This document shows, in pieces, positions 39,070-48,450 of a stretch of 64,000 nt of DNA. The notes under the pieces are model-generated. The model was not told the origin of the DNA. It made no database searches and saw only the letters and a program-made list of their open reading frames with translations. The stretch comes from a virus (taxonomy: Duplodnaviria > Caudoviricetes): the IMG/VR virus record IMGVR_UViG_2841440409_000001, positions 903 through 64,902 of that record; one strand, given 5' to 3'. The number at the start of each line of letters is the position of its first letter. The stretch's first letter is position 1. The position numbers were made by a program, and so were the translations under genes.

Positions 39070-39819
39070 TCAGCCCGCCTTGTGCTCGGCGAGGGCGGCG
39101 GCGATCTTCTCGGCGCTCCAGCGCCCGTTCGGGCGATGGCCGATCAGCTCGTCATACTCTTTCGCAAGCGCTTCGCGATCGAGTTCACCCGAGGGCGGCG
39201 GCGGGGGAGGAGCCTGCTGCTCCTCATCTTCCTCGTCGCCGTCCTCTTCTTCCTCGTCGGTATCGGAGCCGGCGCCACCCGCCGCGCCGGCTCCGCCGTC
39301 ACCAGTGTCCTGCAAACCGCCGGTGTCGCTGCCGGGGGAGTCCGCCTGGTTGGGGACGATGCTGTTGGCGGGCGCCTGCGGAGAGGAGAGCTCCGTTGGC
39401 GCCCGCACGCCGGCGAGCAGGCTCGCGGGCGAAACTGGGACCTTGCGGGGGTCGGGCAGGGGGAAGCCGTCGAGATTGGCCTCGCCTGCCGCGATCTTGT
39501 CGATGAGCAGTACGAGCTCGCCCGGCTCGGCCTGCATGTCGGGGATAGCGCGCACGAAGTCGTGGAAGGCCTCGATATCCTGCGGGCCGCGGAAGATGAA
39601 ATAGGCGCCTTCGATCACGGGCAGATCGCCGGCGGTCGACAGGATGCTGCCATCGGCCAGGCGGAAGCCCTCCTTGATGGCGAGCAGGGTGGCGATATCG
39701 CGCTCGTCCTCGACCTCGGCAACATGCTTGCCCTCGGCGTTGGCGCGGAAATGATAGGTGCCGGCGAGGAGCGTGACCTTCGTCCCGAGCTGGCGCTTGA
39801 TGATGGATTCGATGAGCAT
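39070..39819 (-). CDS. Hypothetical protein with acidic linker and short C-terminal helical domain
   Basis: 249 aa with AGGAG RBS. Confidence 0.65.
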   Translation of the reverse strand: MLIESIIKRQLGTKVTLLAGTYHFRANAEGKHVAEVEDERDIATLLAIKEGFRLADGSILSTAGDLPVIEGAYFIFRGPQDIEAFHDFVRAIPDMQAEPGELVLLIDKIAAGEANLDGFPLPDPRKVPVSPASLLAGVRAPTELSSPQAPANSIVPNQADSPGSDTGGLQDTGDGGAGAAGGAGSDTDEEEEDGDEEDEEQQAPPPPPPSGELDREALAKEYDELIGHRPNGRWSAEKIAAALAEHKAG

Positions 39820-39844
39820 GGGTGGCTCCTTCCGGCGGGAAACG

Positions 39845-39878
39845 GAAAAGAGGCGGGAGGGGTGCAGCCCTCCCGCCC
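39845..39878 (-). terminator. Rho-independent terminator after capsid/decoration genes
   Basis: GGCGGGAGGG/CCCTCCCGCC stem followed by TCTTTT on the minus strand. Confidence 0.6.
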
Positions 39879-39883
39879 TCGTC

Positions 39884-40327
39884 TTACTGCGTGTAGAAGA
39901 CGATCAGGGTCAGCTTCTTCGTCGGGTCGGCTGCGACCTGAGCGCTGAACTGAAGCCCGATGCCGCGTGCCGCCTCGACGGGCGCGACATTGTAGGCAGC
40001 TGCCTTGTCCGGAGCCGCAACCGCATTGAGCGCGGTGGCAGCCGAGAACAGTTCGGTGCCAGCAACGCGGGTGTCGTCGTCGGCGCCCAGCTCGCCGGTC
40101 ATGACCCCGCCACTGGCGGTGACCGCCCCGAAATCGCCTTCGGGGATCAGCTTGTAGCCCACGATCTGGGCATATGCCGGCAGCACGCCCAGTTCGAGGA
40201 TTGCCGCTGCCGCCAGCGCTGCCGTGAAGGTGTGGCGAAACTTCACGGCATGAACGGCGCCGGCCGTCTGAGGGCGCGGCGTGGCGGCCGTGCCCTGCGC
40301 ATGACGGGAGTGGATGATGGTTGCCAT
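39884..40327 (-). CDS. Probable capsid decoration/cement protein
   Basis: Ala-rich 147 aa immediately after capsid; AAGGAG RBS. Confidence 0.6.
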   Translation of the reverse strand: MATIIHSRHAQGTAATPRPQTAGAVHAVKFRHTFTAALAAAAILELGVLPAYAQIVGYKLIPEGDFGAVTASGGVMTGELGADDDTRVAGTELFSAATALNAVAAPDKAAAYNVAPVEAARGIGLQFSAQVAADPTKKLTLIVFYTQ

Positions 40328-40339
40328 GTGCCCTGCTCC

Positions 40340-41440
40340 TTATGCGGCCGGGTTCTTGGCATAGGTGTCCAGCGCCATGACGCCGAAATCCTTGCCGTTG
40401 AACCGGGTCTTCTTGACGCCGATGATGGTGCCCGCGACGACGGTCGGCTCGTTGCCGTAGTCGTCCACTTCCTCCTTCCAGGTGAAGCGCAGGCCGCCTG
40501 CCGTGCCATAGGCGACAACGCCTGCCTGGCGGCCCATGAACAGGGCGCGCGCGGCGGGCAGGTTGGTGCCTGCACCATAGTCGCTGAACCGGATCGTCGA
40601 TTCATGGCTGTGCAGCACGGCATTGTTGATCATGCCGAGGCCACCCTTGAAGATCGGCGAGTTGCGCGCCTCGGCGGCGGCAGCAGCCTTCTGGATCTCC
40701 AGCCAGCCGGCTGCGCCCGCTTCGGTCCGCATGTTATACTCCTGGAAGGGAGACATGAGGATGACGTAGTGGCGCTCGCCGTTGAGATCGACGGGCAGCA
40801 TGTTGGCCGTCTTGGGATTGAGGGCGCGCATCATGCGTGCGCGGACGGTGGCGCGTTCGACCAGCTCGCGATTGAAGCCGTCGTCGGTGCTGATCGTTGC
40901 CTTCGAGGTGGCATCGCCGCCGAACAGGATATGCTCGGCATCCGGCGCCTGGATCAGGTTGCCGGCGTGGCCGGTCCAGTCCGTGTCTTCGATGAAGTCC
41001 TCGTTGATGCCGCGCGCGCCCGACAGATAGATGAAGTTCATCTCGTCGATATACTGCGACCAATAGTCGGACAGGCGATCCTTCGCGACGTTGCGCAGGT
41101 TGTGCGCGGTGCGCTTGCGCGTCATGCGACCGCCGGCCGAAACCGCGTGACGGGTCTGGTCGATCGCCACTTCGTCCGTATAGAACTTGAGGTTCTCTTC
41201 CTTGCCCTTGACGCGATTATCGCCCTGCGTCGGCTTGCCGCGCAGCTGGACGGAAAGGTCATAGCTGATGCGGTCGCCCGCGTCGGAATCCAGCTCGGTC
41301 TTGCGCTGGATGATGTTGTTTTCGCCTTCGCCGACGAACTTGCGCTGGAAGTAGCTCTTCTTCGCCGTGTCGATGAAGAGCTTGCCCGACCACTTCTTCT
41401 GCGCCTTGGCGTCGCCGAAGGGGATGACAGTCTGTCCCAT
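40340..41440 (-). CDS. Major capsid protein, N4-gp56 family
   Basis: GD...KKWS, GKEENLKFY, IDQTRHAV, LSGARG, KKTRFNGKDFGV. Confidence 0.88.
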   Translation of the reverse strand: MGQTVIPFGDAKAQKKWSGKLFIDTAKKSYFQRKFVGEGENNIIQRKTELDSDAGDRISYDLSVQLRGKPTQGDNRVKGKEENLKFYTDEVAIDQTRHAVSAGGRMTRKRTAHNLRNVAKDRLSDYWSQYIDEMNFIYLSGARGINEDFIEDTDWTGHAGNLIQAPDAEHILFGGDATSKATISTDDGFNRELVERATVRARMMRALNPKTANMLPVDLNGERHYVILMSPFQEYNMRTEAGAAGWLEIQKAAAAAEARNSPIFKGGLGMINNAVLHSHESTIRFSDYGAGTNLPAARALFMGRQAGVVAYGTAGGLRFTWKEEVDDYGNEPTVVAGTIIGVKKTRFNGKDFGVMALDTYAKNPAA

Positions 41441-41469
41441 TGGTGCCCTCGTGGAGTTAAATCCCGCAG

Positions 41470-41525
41470 AGCACTCATGCGCTTATGCCGACGCGGATTT
41501 TGCCCTATCCGCGTGACACTTGCAA
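41470..41525 (-). promoter_or_regulatory. Capsid promoter plus leader hairpin, copy 5
   Basis: TTGCAA-17-CAAAAT then GCGCATGAGTGC at 41471-41482. Confidence 0.65.
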
Positions 41526-41532
41526 CAGCTTC

Positions 41533-41706
41533 CTAAGATTGGGTCTGAACCGGGATGCCGGGGAGCCCCGGCATCCGCCTGATCTTCAGTCCGGGGTCCG
41601 CGCGGATCGCTATCCGTGCGAGCTGACCGGACTTCTTTTCGAGGGTGAGGACGACACCGTCCCCAATCTCGACGCTTTCGCCCACACGGACATCGAGTTT
41701 CAACAT
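41533..41706 (-). CDS. CsrA-like (carbon storage regulator fold) protein, 57 aa, not in ORF track
   Basis: MLKLDVRVGESVEIGDGVVLTLEKKSGQLARIAIRADPGLKIRR follows the CsrA pattern ML.L.RR.GESI.IGD.I...V.....QVRIGI.AP....I.R. Confidence 0.75.
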   Translation of the reverse strand: MLKLDVRVGESVEIGDGVVLTLEKKSGQLARIAIRADPGLKIRRMPGLPGIPVQTQS

Positions 41707-41737
41707 GGTCCCCGCTTCCTTCTGGTAGAGCGGCGCC

Positions 41738-42664
41738 TCAGGCGCGGCTCAGATAGTCCTGCTGGTCGGCTTCACTGAGCTTGGCGAGCGCATCCTCATA
41801 TTCGATGGTCATGCCCTTCTCGAGCAGGCCATCGAGATACGAATATTTGCCATCGTCCCCGACCTCGATGTCGGCGGCCGGCAGATTGTGCAGCGTCGGC
41901 GGCAGCTCGGGCTTGGGTTTCGGTTTGGGCTTCGCTGCCTTTCCAGCCTCCTTGCCCTCGGCTTTGGGCTCATCCTTGGCGGCCGGCTTGATGCCCATCT
42001 CCTCCTGCCAGATGGCATGCGCCTTCTCGAGCTGCTTGCGGTTGGAGAGGCCCGCGCTTTCCGGATCGGCCGTCACGCGCCGCACGACGGTGTCGAACGA
42101 CTGCAACCGCGTCTGGTTGGCATTGAGCTCGGGGTTCTTGGTCAGGAACTTCTGCACATCGCCATACCATGCGGTCTGCACGGCCTCGTCCTGCTCGGCC
42201 TGGCGCGCCAGCTTGCCCGAAAGCTCGACCTTCTGTTCGGTCAGCTTGTCGATCCCGGCGATATATTCCTTGGTCGTGATCTCGCCATCGTCGAGCTGCT
42301 TTTCGAGCGCGTCCTTCTGGGTGTCGAGTTCGCTCAGCTTGCCGTTGATCTCGTCGGCGTTGACGCGCTCGCCGGTCGGACGAGGCGAGGGGGTATCGTC
42401 GTCGTCATCGCCATCGTCGCGACCTTCCTCGCCGGCCCCTTTGTCAGCGGCGCCCGCGTTTGCGCCTTCGTCGGCTGCGCCGGCGTCAGCGTCATCGGCA
42501 CCCTCGTCGCCTTCATCGTCACCGGCACCGTCGTCATCGCCTGCGTCGTCATCGCCGTCCTGGTTGTCGTCGCCTTCTTCGCCCTCGTCATCGTCGGCGA
42601 GGCCTGCGCGCTCTTCGTCGGTGAGGAGGTTGAGATCCTCGTCTTTCAAATCGTCGGTGTTCAT
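41738..42664 (-). CDS. Probable scaffolding protein
   Basis: Very acidic N-terminus, PPTL motif, between portal and capsid; AAGGA RBS. Confidence 0.72.
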   Translation of the reverse strand: MNTDDLKDEDLNLLTDEERAGLADDDEGEEGDDNQDGDDDAGDDDGAGDDEGDEGADDADAGAADEGANAGAADKGAGEEGRDDGDDDDDTPSPRPTGERVNADEINGKLSELDTQKDALEKQLDDGEITTKEYIAGIDKLTEQKVELSGKLARQAEQDEAVQTAWYGDVQKFLTKNPELNANQTRLQSFDTVVRRVTADPESAGLSNRKQLEKAHAIWQEEMGIKPAAKDEPKAEGKEAGKAAKPKPKPKPELPPTLHNLPAADIEVGDDGKYSYLDGLLEKGMTIEYEDALAKLSEADQQDYLSRA

Positions 42665-42689
42665 TGTTCTGTCCTTTCTCGGGGGATGG

Positions 42690-45005
42690 TTATGCGCCGC
42701 CCATCGGCGCGGGTGGTTGATCCACGCCGGGTTCACCGGCCGCTTGCGCCTGCTGTTGCGCGAGCTGCTGCTCCTGCGCCGCCTGGATCGCGGCGGCCTG
42801 ATCGGCTTCAGCCTCACCCTGCATTACGCCCTGGATGCGCGCGTCCTCTTCCTGCTCGGAACGTGATTGGAAGCCGGACTCGCGCAACAGTTCGTCGGCA
42901 ACCGGCACGGCGATTGGCGCGGCGAGCATCTGGAGCGCCGTTTCCAGCGCGGCGCGTGTCGCGGCGATGTTGCCTTCCGCGATGGCGGTCTGTGCTTTCT
43001 GAGCCTCCTGCGCGAGCTTCTGCGCCTGCGCCGCCTTCTGCTGAGCGCTCGCCTGCTTGTCGGCGATCGTCGCGTCCGTGAGCGCGTCCTGCCGCTGCTG
43101 GGCGGCCTGCTGCGCCTGGTCGCGCGCGATCTCTTCGGGCGTCGGCTCCTCGGCGTCAGGATCGCGCATGCCGGTGATGGAGCGAATGCGGCGGACGAGC
43201 TCGTCTCGCTGCGGCACGTCCATGCCTTCGACGACGAGGTCGAGCATCACGAGCGCTACCTGCGGATTGACCGGGGCCAGCTGCTGGAGGAGCGCGAGCA
43301 GCTCGTCGACCTGCGCCTGACGGACGGACGCGCGCCAGTCCTGCTCGCTTATGACATAGTCGGCCTTGGCGGCGATGATGTCATTCTCGGGCATGCCGTC
43401 GTTGACCGTCACATATTCGGGCGTCCCGCGCATGTTCGTGATCCGGAACGCCTTCTCCTCGGTCATGTACTGCTCGACCGTGGACAACTGCTTTTCGCCC
43501 TGCACCTGGGCTGCAAAGCGCAGATTGTCGAAGATGCCGGCGGTCGCCATCGCGCCCTGCTCCTGACGGCGGCCGATCGCGATGCCCGAACTGGCGTTGG
43601 TGCGTCGTCCGAGATTCTCGTCGGTAACGCCACTCTGCTGCTGGATCATCACGATGGAGCGGCTCATCAGGTCGAGATGCGCCGGCGCTAACTCGCGATC
43701 GGCATTGATGTTCAGCTCCTTGCCCTGCTTCTTGACGATGATGCCATCTGGGCGCGACACCTCCTCGGCAAACTCGTCGAGATCGGGGACGGCGCCCTCG
43801 TCCATAATCGTCTTATTCGACGAGAGGATGTGTAGGGCTTTGCTGGCGCGCTTGTTGATGTCGCGCTGGATGTCCTTCATGCCCCGGACCATGCCGTAGG
43901 GCATGTTGTCGCGGCCGCGCCGGTAGCACCAGATCGGCGTGAACGGGAAACGGTTGTGCCTATATGGGCTGGGCCCGACATAGAGCAGGGCGTTCTCGGT
44001 CATGATCGCGACGTGCATGCGCATCATGGTCCGGTTGATGAGCGTGGCGAGGCCCTCGTCGAGCTGGCGCTGATGCGGCTCATAATTGGCGTCGAACACC
44101 TCGCCGCGGAAGTCGCCACCGCGCAGGGACTGCACCTGCGTCGGTTTGCGGAACCAGCATTCGATCGCGCGGAAGCGATCCCGGTTCATTGCGAGGTTTT
44201 CGAGCGTGCCCTCGGCGATCGCGTCTTCGAGGCTGTCCATCGCGTCATCGCCGAACAGCCAGTCGGTGCCGAACGCGCCGGCCTCGCGGCATGCTTCGCG
44301 CAGATGCGTACGGCGCTTGGGGAAGAGCGCTGCGCCGACGTCATAGTCGAGCCACTTCGACCGGAACATGTAGCGGCCGTCGGACAGGTCATATTCCGTC
44401 GCGGCGCTGTCCCAGAGCATATTGCGCCAGCTCTCGTAGCGCGAATAGATCGGCTCGCCGTCATCCTCGTCCTGGACGCCATCCTCCAGCCAGCCAACGC
44501 CGACCTTCACCGTGTCCTCGAATGCGCGCGAGCGATGGAAGGGCGTGCGGTTGACGTCGCTCAGATATTTGAGGATTTGCGTCTTGCGCTCGGCTGGCTT
44601 GCCTTCGGCCTTGCGGCGGGGCAGCACCTTGAAGTCGGTGCGGCTGCGCTTCTCGGTGCCGAGCACCCAATTCACCGTCGTCGAGATGACGTTGTAGACC
44701 AACGGCTCCTGACCGCGATCGCGCAGCGTGGCCTTGTCGGCCTGCGTCCACTGCTCGTTGTCGTAGAAATCCTCATCCTCGACCATCTCGGCGCGGTTGA
44801 TCGCCTGCCGCTCGAGCTCGCGCTGGTAATAGCCGATGAGCTTGCGATGCAGGGCGATGCCCTGCGCGCTGTCGAGGTTCGACGTGGTGCGGTCAGACTT
44901 GACCGGCAGCATGTTGGTGCTGTCGGGATAGAGGCGCTCTTCGGGATTGCCCTGGCGGACCTTCCCGAATTCGATGCCTTTGGATTGGGGAGCGTCGTCA
45001 AACAC
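42690..45005 (-). CDS. Portal protein (P22-like); GTG start approximate
   Basis: DFYDNEQW, RGQEPLVYN, GVGW, PYGMVR..KDIQ, SGIAI..RQEQG, Q-rich C-terminus. Confidence 0.88.
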   Translation of the reverse strand: MFDDAPQSKGIEFGKVRQGNPEERLYPDSTNMLPVKSDRTTSNLDSAQGIALHRKLIGYYQRELERQAINRAEMVEDEDFYDNEQWTQADKATLRDRGQEPLVYNVISTTVNWVLGTEKRSRTDFKVLPRRKAEGKPAERKTQILKYLSDVNRTPFHRSRAFEDTVKVGVGWLEDGVQDEDDGEPIYSRYESWRNMLWDSAATEYDLSDGRYMFRSKWLDYDVGAALFPKRRTHLREACREAGAFGTDWLFGDDAMDSLEDAIAEGTLENLAMNRDRFRAIECWFRKPTQVQSLRGGDFRGEVFDANYEPHQRQLDEGLATLINRTMMRMHVAIMTENALLYVGPSPYRHNRFPFTPIWCYRRGRDNMPYGMVRGMKDIQRDINKRASKALHILSSNKTIMDEGAVPDLDEFAEEVSRPDGIIVKKQGKELNINADRELAPAHLDLMSRSIVMIQQQSGVTDENLGRRTNASSGIAIGRRQEQGAMATAGIFDNLRFAAQVQGEKQLSTVEQYMTEEKAFRITNMRGTPEYVTVNDGMPENDIIAAKADYVISEQDWRASVRQAQVDELLALLQQLAPVNPQVALVMLDLVVEGMDVPQRDELVRRIRSITGMRDPDAEEPTPEEIARDQAQQAAQQRQDALTDATIADKQASAQQKAAQAQKLAQEAQKAQTAIAEGNIAATRAALETALQMLAAPIAVPVADELLRESGFQSRSEQEEDARIQGVMQGEAEADQAAAIQAAQEQQLAQQQAQAAGEPGVDQPPAPMGGA

Positions 45006-45423
45006 GATCACGGATCTCCGAATGATGCTCCTTGCCGTTGCTGTCGCGGCGGAACGCGTCCGCCACGACGGCTGTCTCGAAGGGAGCAGGGGGGATTGAG
45101 AGGAGGTCGCCGATGTGATCGCGGATGATCGACGTGATGCGGATGCAGGCGTTGGGGTCGGGATTGATGCGCAGATACTGGCAGAACTGGTACGATGTGC
45201 GGGCGCAATGGGCGCCATCACCCAACGCCTCGGACCAGATCCAGGCGGCTTTCATGGGTACGATGCACGGCGTCACTTTCTCATGGCCTTCGTGATGCGC
45301 CGGCACGACGACAAGGCACGGCTCGAGCTCGTTGCCGAACCAGGTCAGGAACACGGCCAGGTCGCCATGCTGGTAGCGGGCGTGATACCGCGTGAGATCG
45401 AGGGCGAATTCGCGTCGTGCCAT
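44998..45423 (-). CDS. Hypothetical protein between terminase and portal
   Basis: Fills the gap with overlap into the portal start. Confidence 0.65.
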   Translation of the reverse strand: MARREFALDLTRYHARYQHGDLAVFLTWFGNELEPCLVVVPAHHEGHEKVTPCIVPMKAAWIWSEALGDGAHCARTSYQFCQYLRINPDPNACIRITSIIRDHIGDLLSIPPAPFETAVVADAFRRDSNGKEHHSEIRDRV

Positions 45424-45425
45424 GT

Positions 45426-46997
45426 TCAAGCTGCCATTGCTGAGGGGCGCCGCTTGCGGCTGGGCCGCGATCCGGCTGGAGTTGCGGGTTCGGACCAGCC
45501 CTGGGCGAACTGGCGGAAGGCGTCGGCGGCTTCGCTGTGGATGTCGTGACGCGGTGTTGGCTTCCAGACGCCGAGCCGCTCGTCGCGCTCCTTGCTGTAG
45601 CTCCCGAGATGCGCGAGGCCTTCTGCGCAGGCGACCTCATCGAACCAGCACTGGCTGAAGATGGATCGTACCTGCTGGATGCCGTGCGTGATGTCTGCAA
45701 CGCGCGGCACGATCTCGAAGCGCCATGTCGGACGCAATTCTTCCAGCATCGAGAGCGGCGCTGCGACGGTCGTTACGAGCTGGCGCTTGTGCGTGGCGTC
45801 GTGCGGGAGATAGTGCGTGCCCCAGAGATAGCCGAGCTGCTCCATCTCCTTGACGAAATAGTCATATGGCTCGCCCCAGCCTTCGATGAAGCCGACGAAG
45901 CGATGCTCGAGGCCTACGCGCTGGTGAAGCCAGATTGCCGTTCCGTCGCCGGCGCCGATATCCCAGAAGCTGTTGACCGGCACGTGGCTGACAAGCGGCA
46001 CGTTGCCGACACGGCCGCCCTTGCGCGCGGCGCTGAGCTGCTTGGCGAAATAGCAGCCCTCGGTCGACTGCTGGAAGGCTTCCTTCGATGTGGACGGGTA
46101 TTCCTGCCACATCTTCTCGTCGTCGCCGGAGAAGTCGCTGTCGCGCGTGGCGATGTACCATGCGCGCTGGCGCAAGCTGAGCTCGGTGTTGCACGCCGCT
46201 TCGACGGTGTCGAAATAGTCGTGCTCCTTGGCGGTGATGATGACCCCCGCCGGGTCCATCTGATAGTCTTCGTTCTTCCACCAGGGCTCGAAGTTGAACC
46301 GCCACTCGCGCTGATGGAGTGGTCGATCGATCTGGGAGCGCGCCTCCGCCTTGACCGACTTGTCGTGGAAGTCGCCGCCCTGGCCTTCGGCGGTGCTCTC
46401 GATGATGGCGATGCCGTTGAGCGGCACGGCCGGGAGCGAGCCAGTGACGACTTCGCGGGCCTTGTCGGGATATTTGGCGCAAATCTTTCCATATTCGGAG
46501 ATGTGCAGCCGGTGGATCGTGCCCGACCGCATCGATGTCGCGACGCGGATCGAGCTATTATTATGGGCGAACAGCAACTCCTTGGCGCTGTCGCGCGCCA
46601 GCGGCATCAACTGGCGGAGATGGTCGGGCAGATTGTCGTAGGCGAAACGCACCTTGTCGCGGAAGATATTCTCGGCCGCGTCGCGATCGTGGGCGATGAT
46701 GCCGCAACGCTGGTTGGCGACGAACAACGCGTGGTCGAGCCACATGATGGCGATGAGAGTCGTGAACCCAAGCTGCCGCGCCTTAAGAATCAGCGTGCGG
46801 TACCAGAGCCGCTTGAGGAGGCGACGCTGGGCTCGATTGGGGCGGAAAGGCATCACGCTCATGCCGTCGGCGAGCGTGTCGTCCTTGATCATGATCTTGT
46901 AGAGCTGGCCCGAGCAGACGCGCCACATCGGGTCGGCGAGACACTCGGTCAGCTCGGCCTGCGTCGAAGGGACGAAGTCGTGTGAGATCGCGTTCAC
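45426..46997 (-). CDS. Terminase large subunit
   Basis: ILKARQLGFTT, HISE, IESTAEG, WDIG.GD.TAIW, LPHD, SEAADAFR. Confidence 0.92.
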   Translation of the reverse strand: MNAISHDFVPSTQAELTECLADPMWRVCSGQLYKIMIKDDTLADGMSVMPFRPNRAQRRLLKRLWYRTLILKARQLGFTTLIAIMWLDHALFVANQRCGIIAHDRDAAENIFRDKVRFAYDNLPDHLRQLMPLARDSAKELLFAHNNSSIRVATSMRSGTIHRLHISEYGKICAKYPDKAREVVTGSLPAVPLNGIAIIESTAEGQGGDFHDKSVKAEARSQIDRPLHQREWRFNFEPWWKNEDYQMDPAGVIITAKEHDYFDTVEAACNTELSLRQRAWYIATRDSDFSGDDEKMWQEYPSTSKEAFQQSTEGCYFAKQLSAARKGGRVGNVPLVSHVPVNSFWDIGAGDGTAIWLHQRVGLEHRFVGFIEGWGEPYDYFVKEMEQLGYLWGTHYLPHDATHKRQLVTTVAAPLSMLEELRPTWRFEIVPRVADITHGIQQVRSIFSQCWFDEVACAEGLAHLGSYSKERDERLGVWKPTPRHDIHSEAADAFRQFAQGWSEPATPAGSRPSRKRRPSAMAA

Positions 46998-47692
46998 TCG
47001 GCGTCGTCCTCGTCGTCCGCATGATCCACTGGCGTGAAGCCGATGGCGCGGCCCTGCAGGTCGCGCATGACCATGGTCAGCGGGTTCTCAGGCGTGCCGA
47101 GCTGGGCGGGTTCCTTTTTCCACCCCATGAGGTTGACGATGCTGTCGAGCGCATCCTTCTTGCGCTGGTACTTGATCTTGACGGTGCGCCCGACTGCCAG
47201 CGTCTTGGCGTGCTGGCGTTTCAGCTTTCCGCCATGCGCCTGGTCCTCCATCTCAACGTCGGGCTCGTCGCCGATAAACTCTTCCTCGACGTCATAGCCG
47301 GTGAGTGCGGCCGCCTCGGCATCGCCCAGCTCGGTCGGCAGCTTGAGCGTGCCGTCGTCATTGTAGAATTTGCGCGGGTCGAAGAATGCGAGCTTGGCAT
47401 ATTCTTCGAGCACGCGTTCGCGCGTCACCTCGAACTTGGCGGCGTCCTTCGCGCGGATCTCGGCGATGGCGGCCTGGATGGCTGGTTGCTTGAGAAGGCG
47501 GGCGGCGGCAGTGCGCGCCGCCTGGCCGACCGCCTTGTAACCGGCGCGAGCGTAGGCGGCGGTGGCGTTGTGCGGCGTTTCGGCGAGATACTCGTGAACG
47601 AACCTCTCCTGCTGCATGGAGAGGCGTTGCGTTGCCGCGTTCTTCGGCCGCCCTTTCCGGGAAGCCTTCCTTGGCTTTTGTCCCTGTTTCAT
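46994..47692 (-). CDS. Terminase small subunit
   Basis: QERFVHEYL..NATAAYARAGY...AARLL. Confidence 0.88.
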   Translation of the reverse strand: MKQGQKPRKASRKGRPKNAATQRLSMQQERFVHEYLAETPHNATAAYARAGYKAVGQAARTAAARLLKQPAIQAAIAEIRAKDAAKFEVTRERVLEEYAKLAFFDPRKFYNDDGTLKLPTELGDAEAAALTGYDVEEEFIGDEPDVEMEDQAHGGKLKRQHAKTLAVGRTVKIKYQRKKDALDSIVNLMGWKKEPAQLGTPENPLTMVMRDLQGRAIGFTPVDHADDEDDAE

Positions 47693-48042
47693 GCGCCCGT
47701 CGCCTTTGTCTTCGCCGCGAATCTCGCGCGTCTGGCGTAGGGTTGGCAAGCATTATCAGTATGATGCTGCTGAAAGTTCAGATTAAATCTAGCTGATCGA
47801 CACTAAGATGTTGATTTTCCATGTTGGTTGCGCGCTGTCGGGGTGCTGCTGTGTTAGCAGGAATTGCCCGTGGTCTTTGGCGGTCGCGTGGCGGCGTAAC
47901 ATCGCGGGGCGTGATGTGAACGTGGTGAGCCGGTTTGATCCCGCGATCGAAGCGACCCATCTCATTTTCGCCGCAGCTCCAGCAGAAGCGAGGGCAGGGC
48001 GCGTCGTCGTCCGGCTCGCGCGCGCCGCAAAGGCAGGCGCGT

Positions 48043-48450
48043 TCAATCAATGACGGGGTTGCTCGGATCGAGCGGATCACCAAAGATCGCGCCGCTGGCG
48101 AATGCGCGCCTGACCGTGGACGCAGGCTTTGTTGCGCTGGGACTATTTAAGCTCACGCTCCAAAATTTATCGAACATCCATCTGGCGGTGAAGTCGTCGT
48201 ACGGGAAGTCGTTGCGCATGAAACAAGCGGAAAAGTCTCCCCCCAACACCAATATATCGTCGTCCGATGGGAGCGGCGGGATGATCTTCTTCGCATCGCG
48301 CTCAGCGCGGTCCGCCAGCGCGATCAGCTCGTGCGCCTTGTCCTCGTAGCAGCTGGCGCGGATCAGCGCGTCATTGGCCGCCTGCCGCTCTGACTGGGCG
48401 TCGGCCATGGCGCGATCGGCGAGCGCGCGGATTTCTTCGACGGGTGTCAT
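48043..48450 (-). CDS. Hypothetical protein
   Basis: ATGA overlap with replication gene. Confidence 0.55.
   Translation of the reverse strand: MTPVEEIRALADRAMADAQSERQAANDALIRASCYEDKAHELIALADRAERDAKKIIPPLPSDDDILVLGGDFSACFMRNDFPYDDFTARWMFDKFWSVSLNSPSATKPASTVRRAFASGAIFGDPLDPSNPVID

Noticed and set aside
11851-46985. Long plus-strand ORFs opposite the structural genes (e.g. 14821-17073, 39758-41536, 45537-46985)
   Set aside because: Antisense shadows typical of high-GC coding DNA; no recognisable motifs, while the minus-strand genes have them.
47686-47697. GCGCATGA at the terminase small subunit start as a sixth hairpin copy
   Set aside because: Lacks the GTGC 3' arm; it is just the start codon context.
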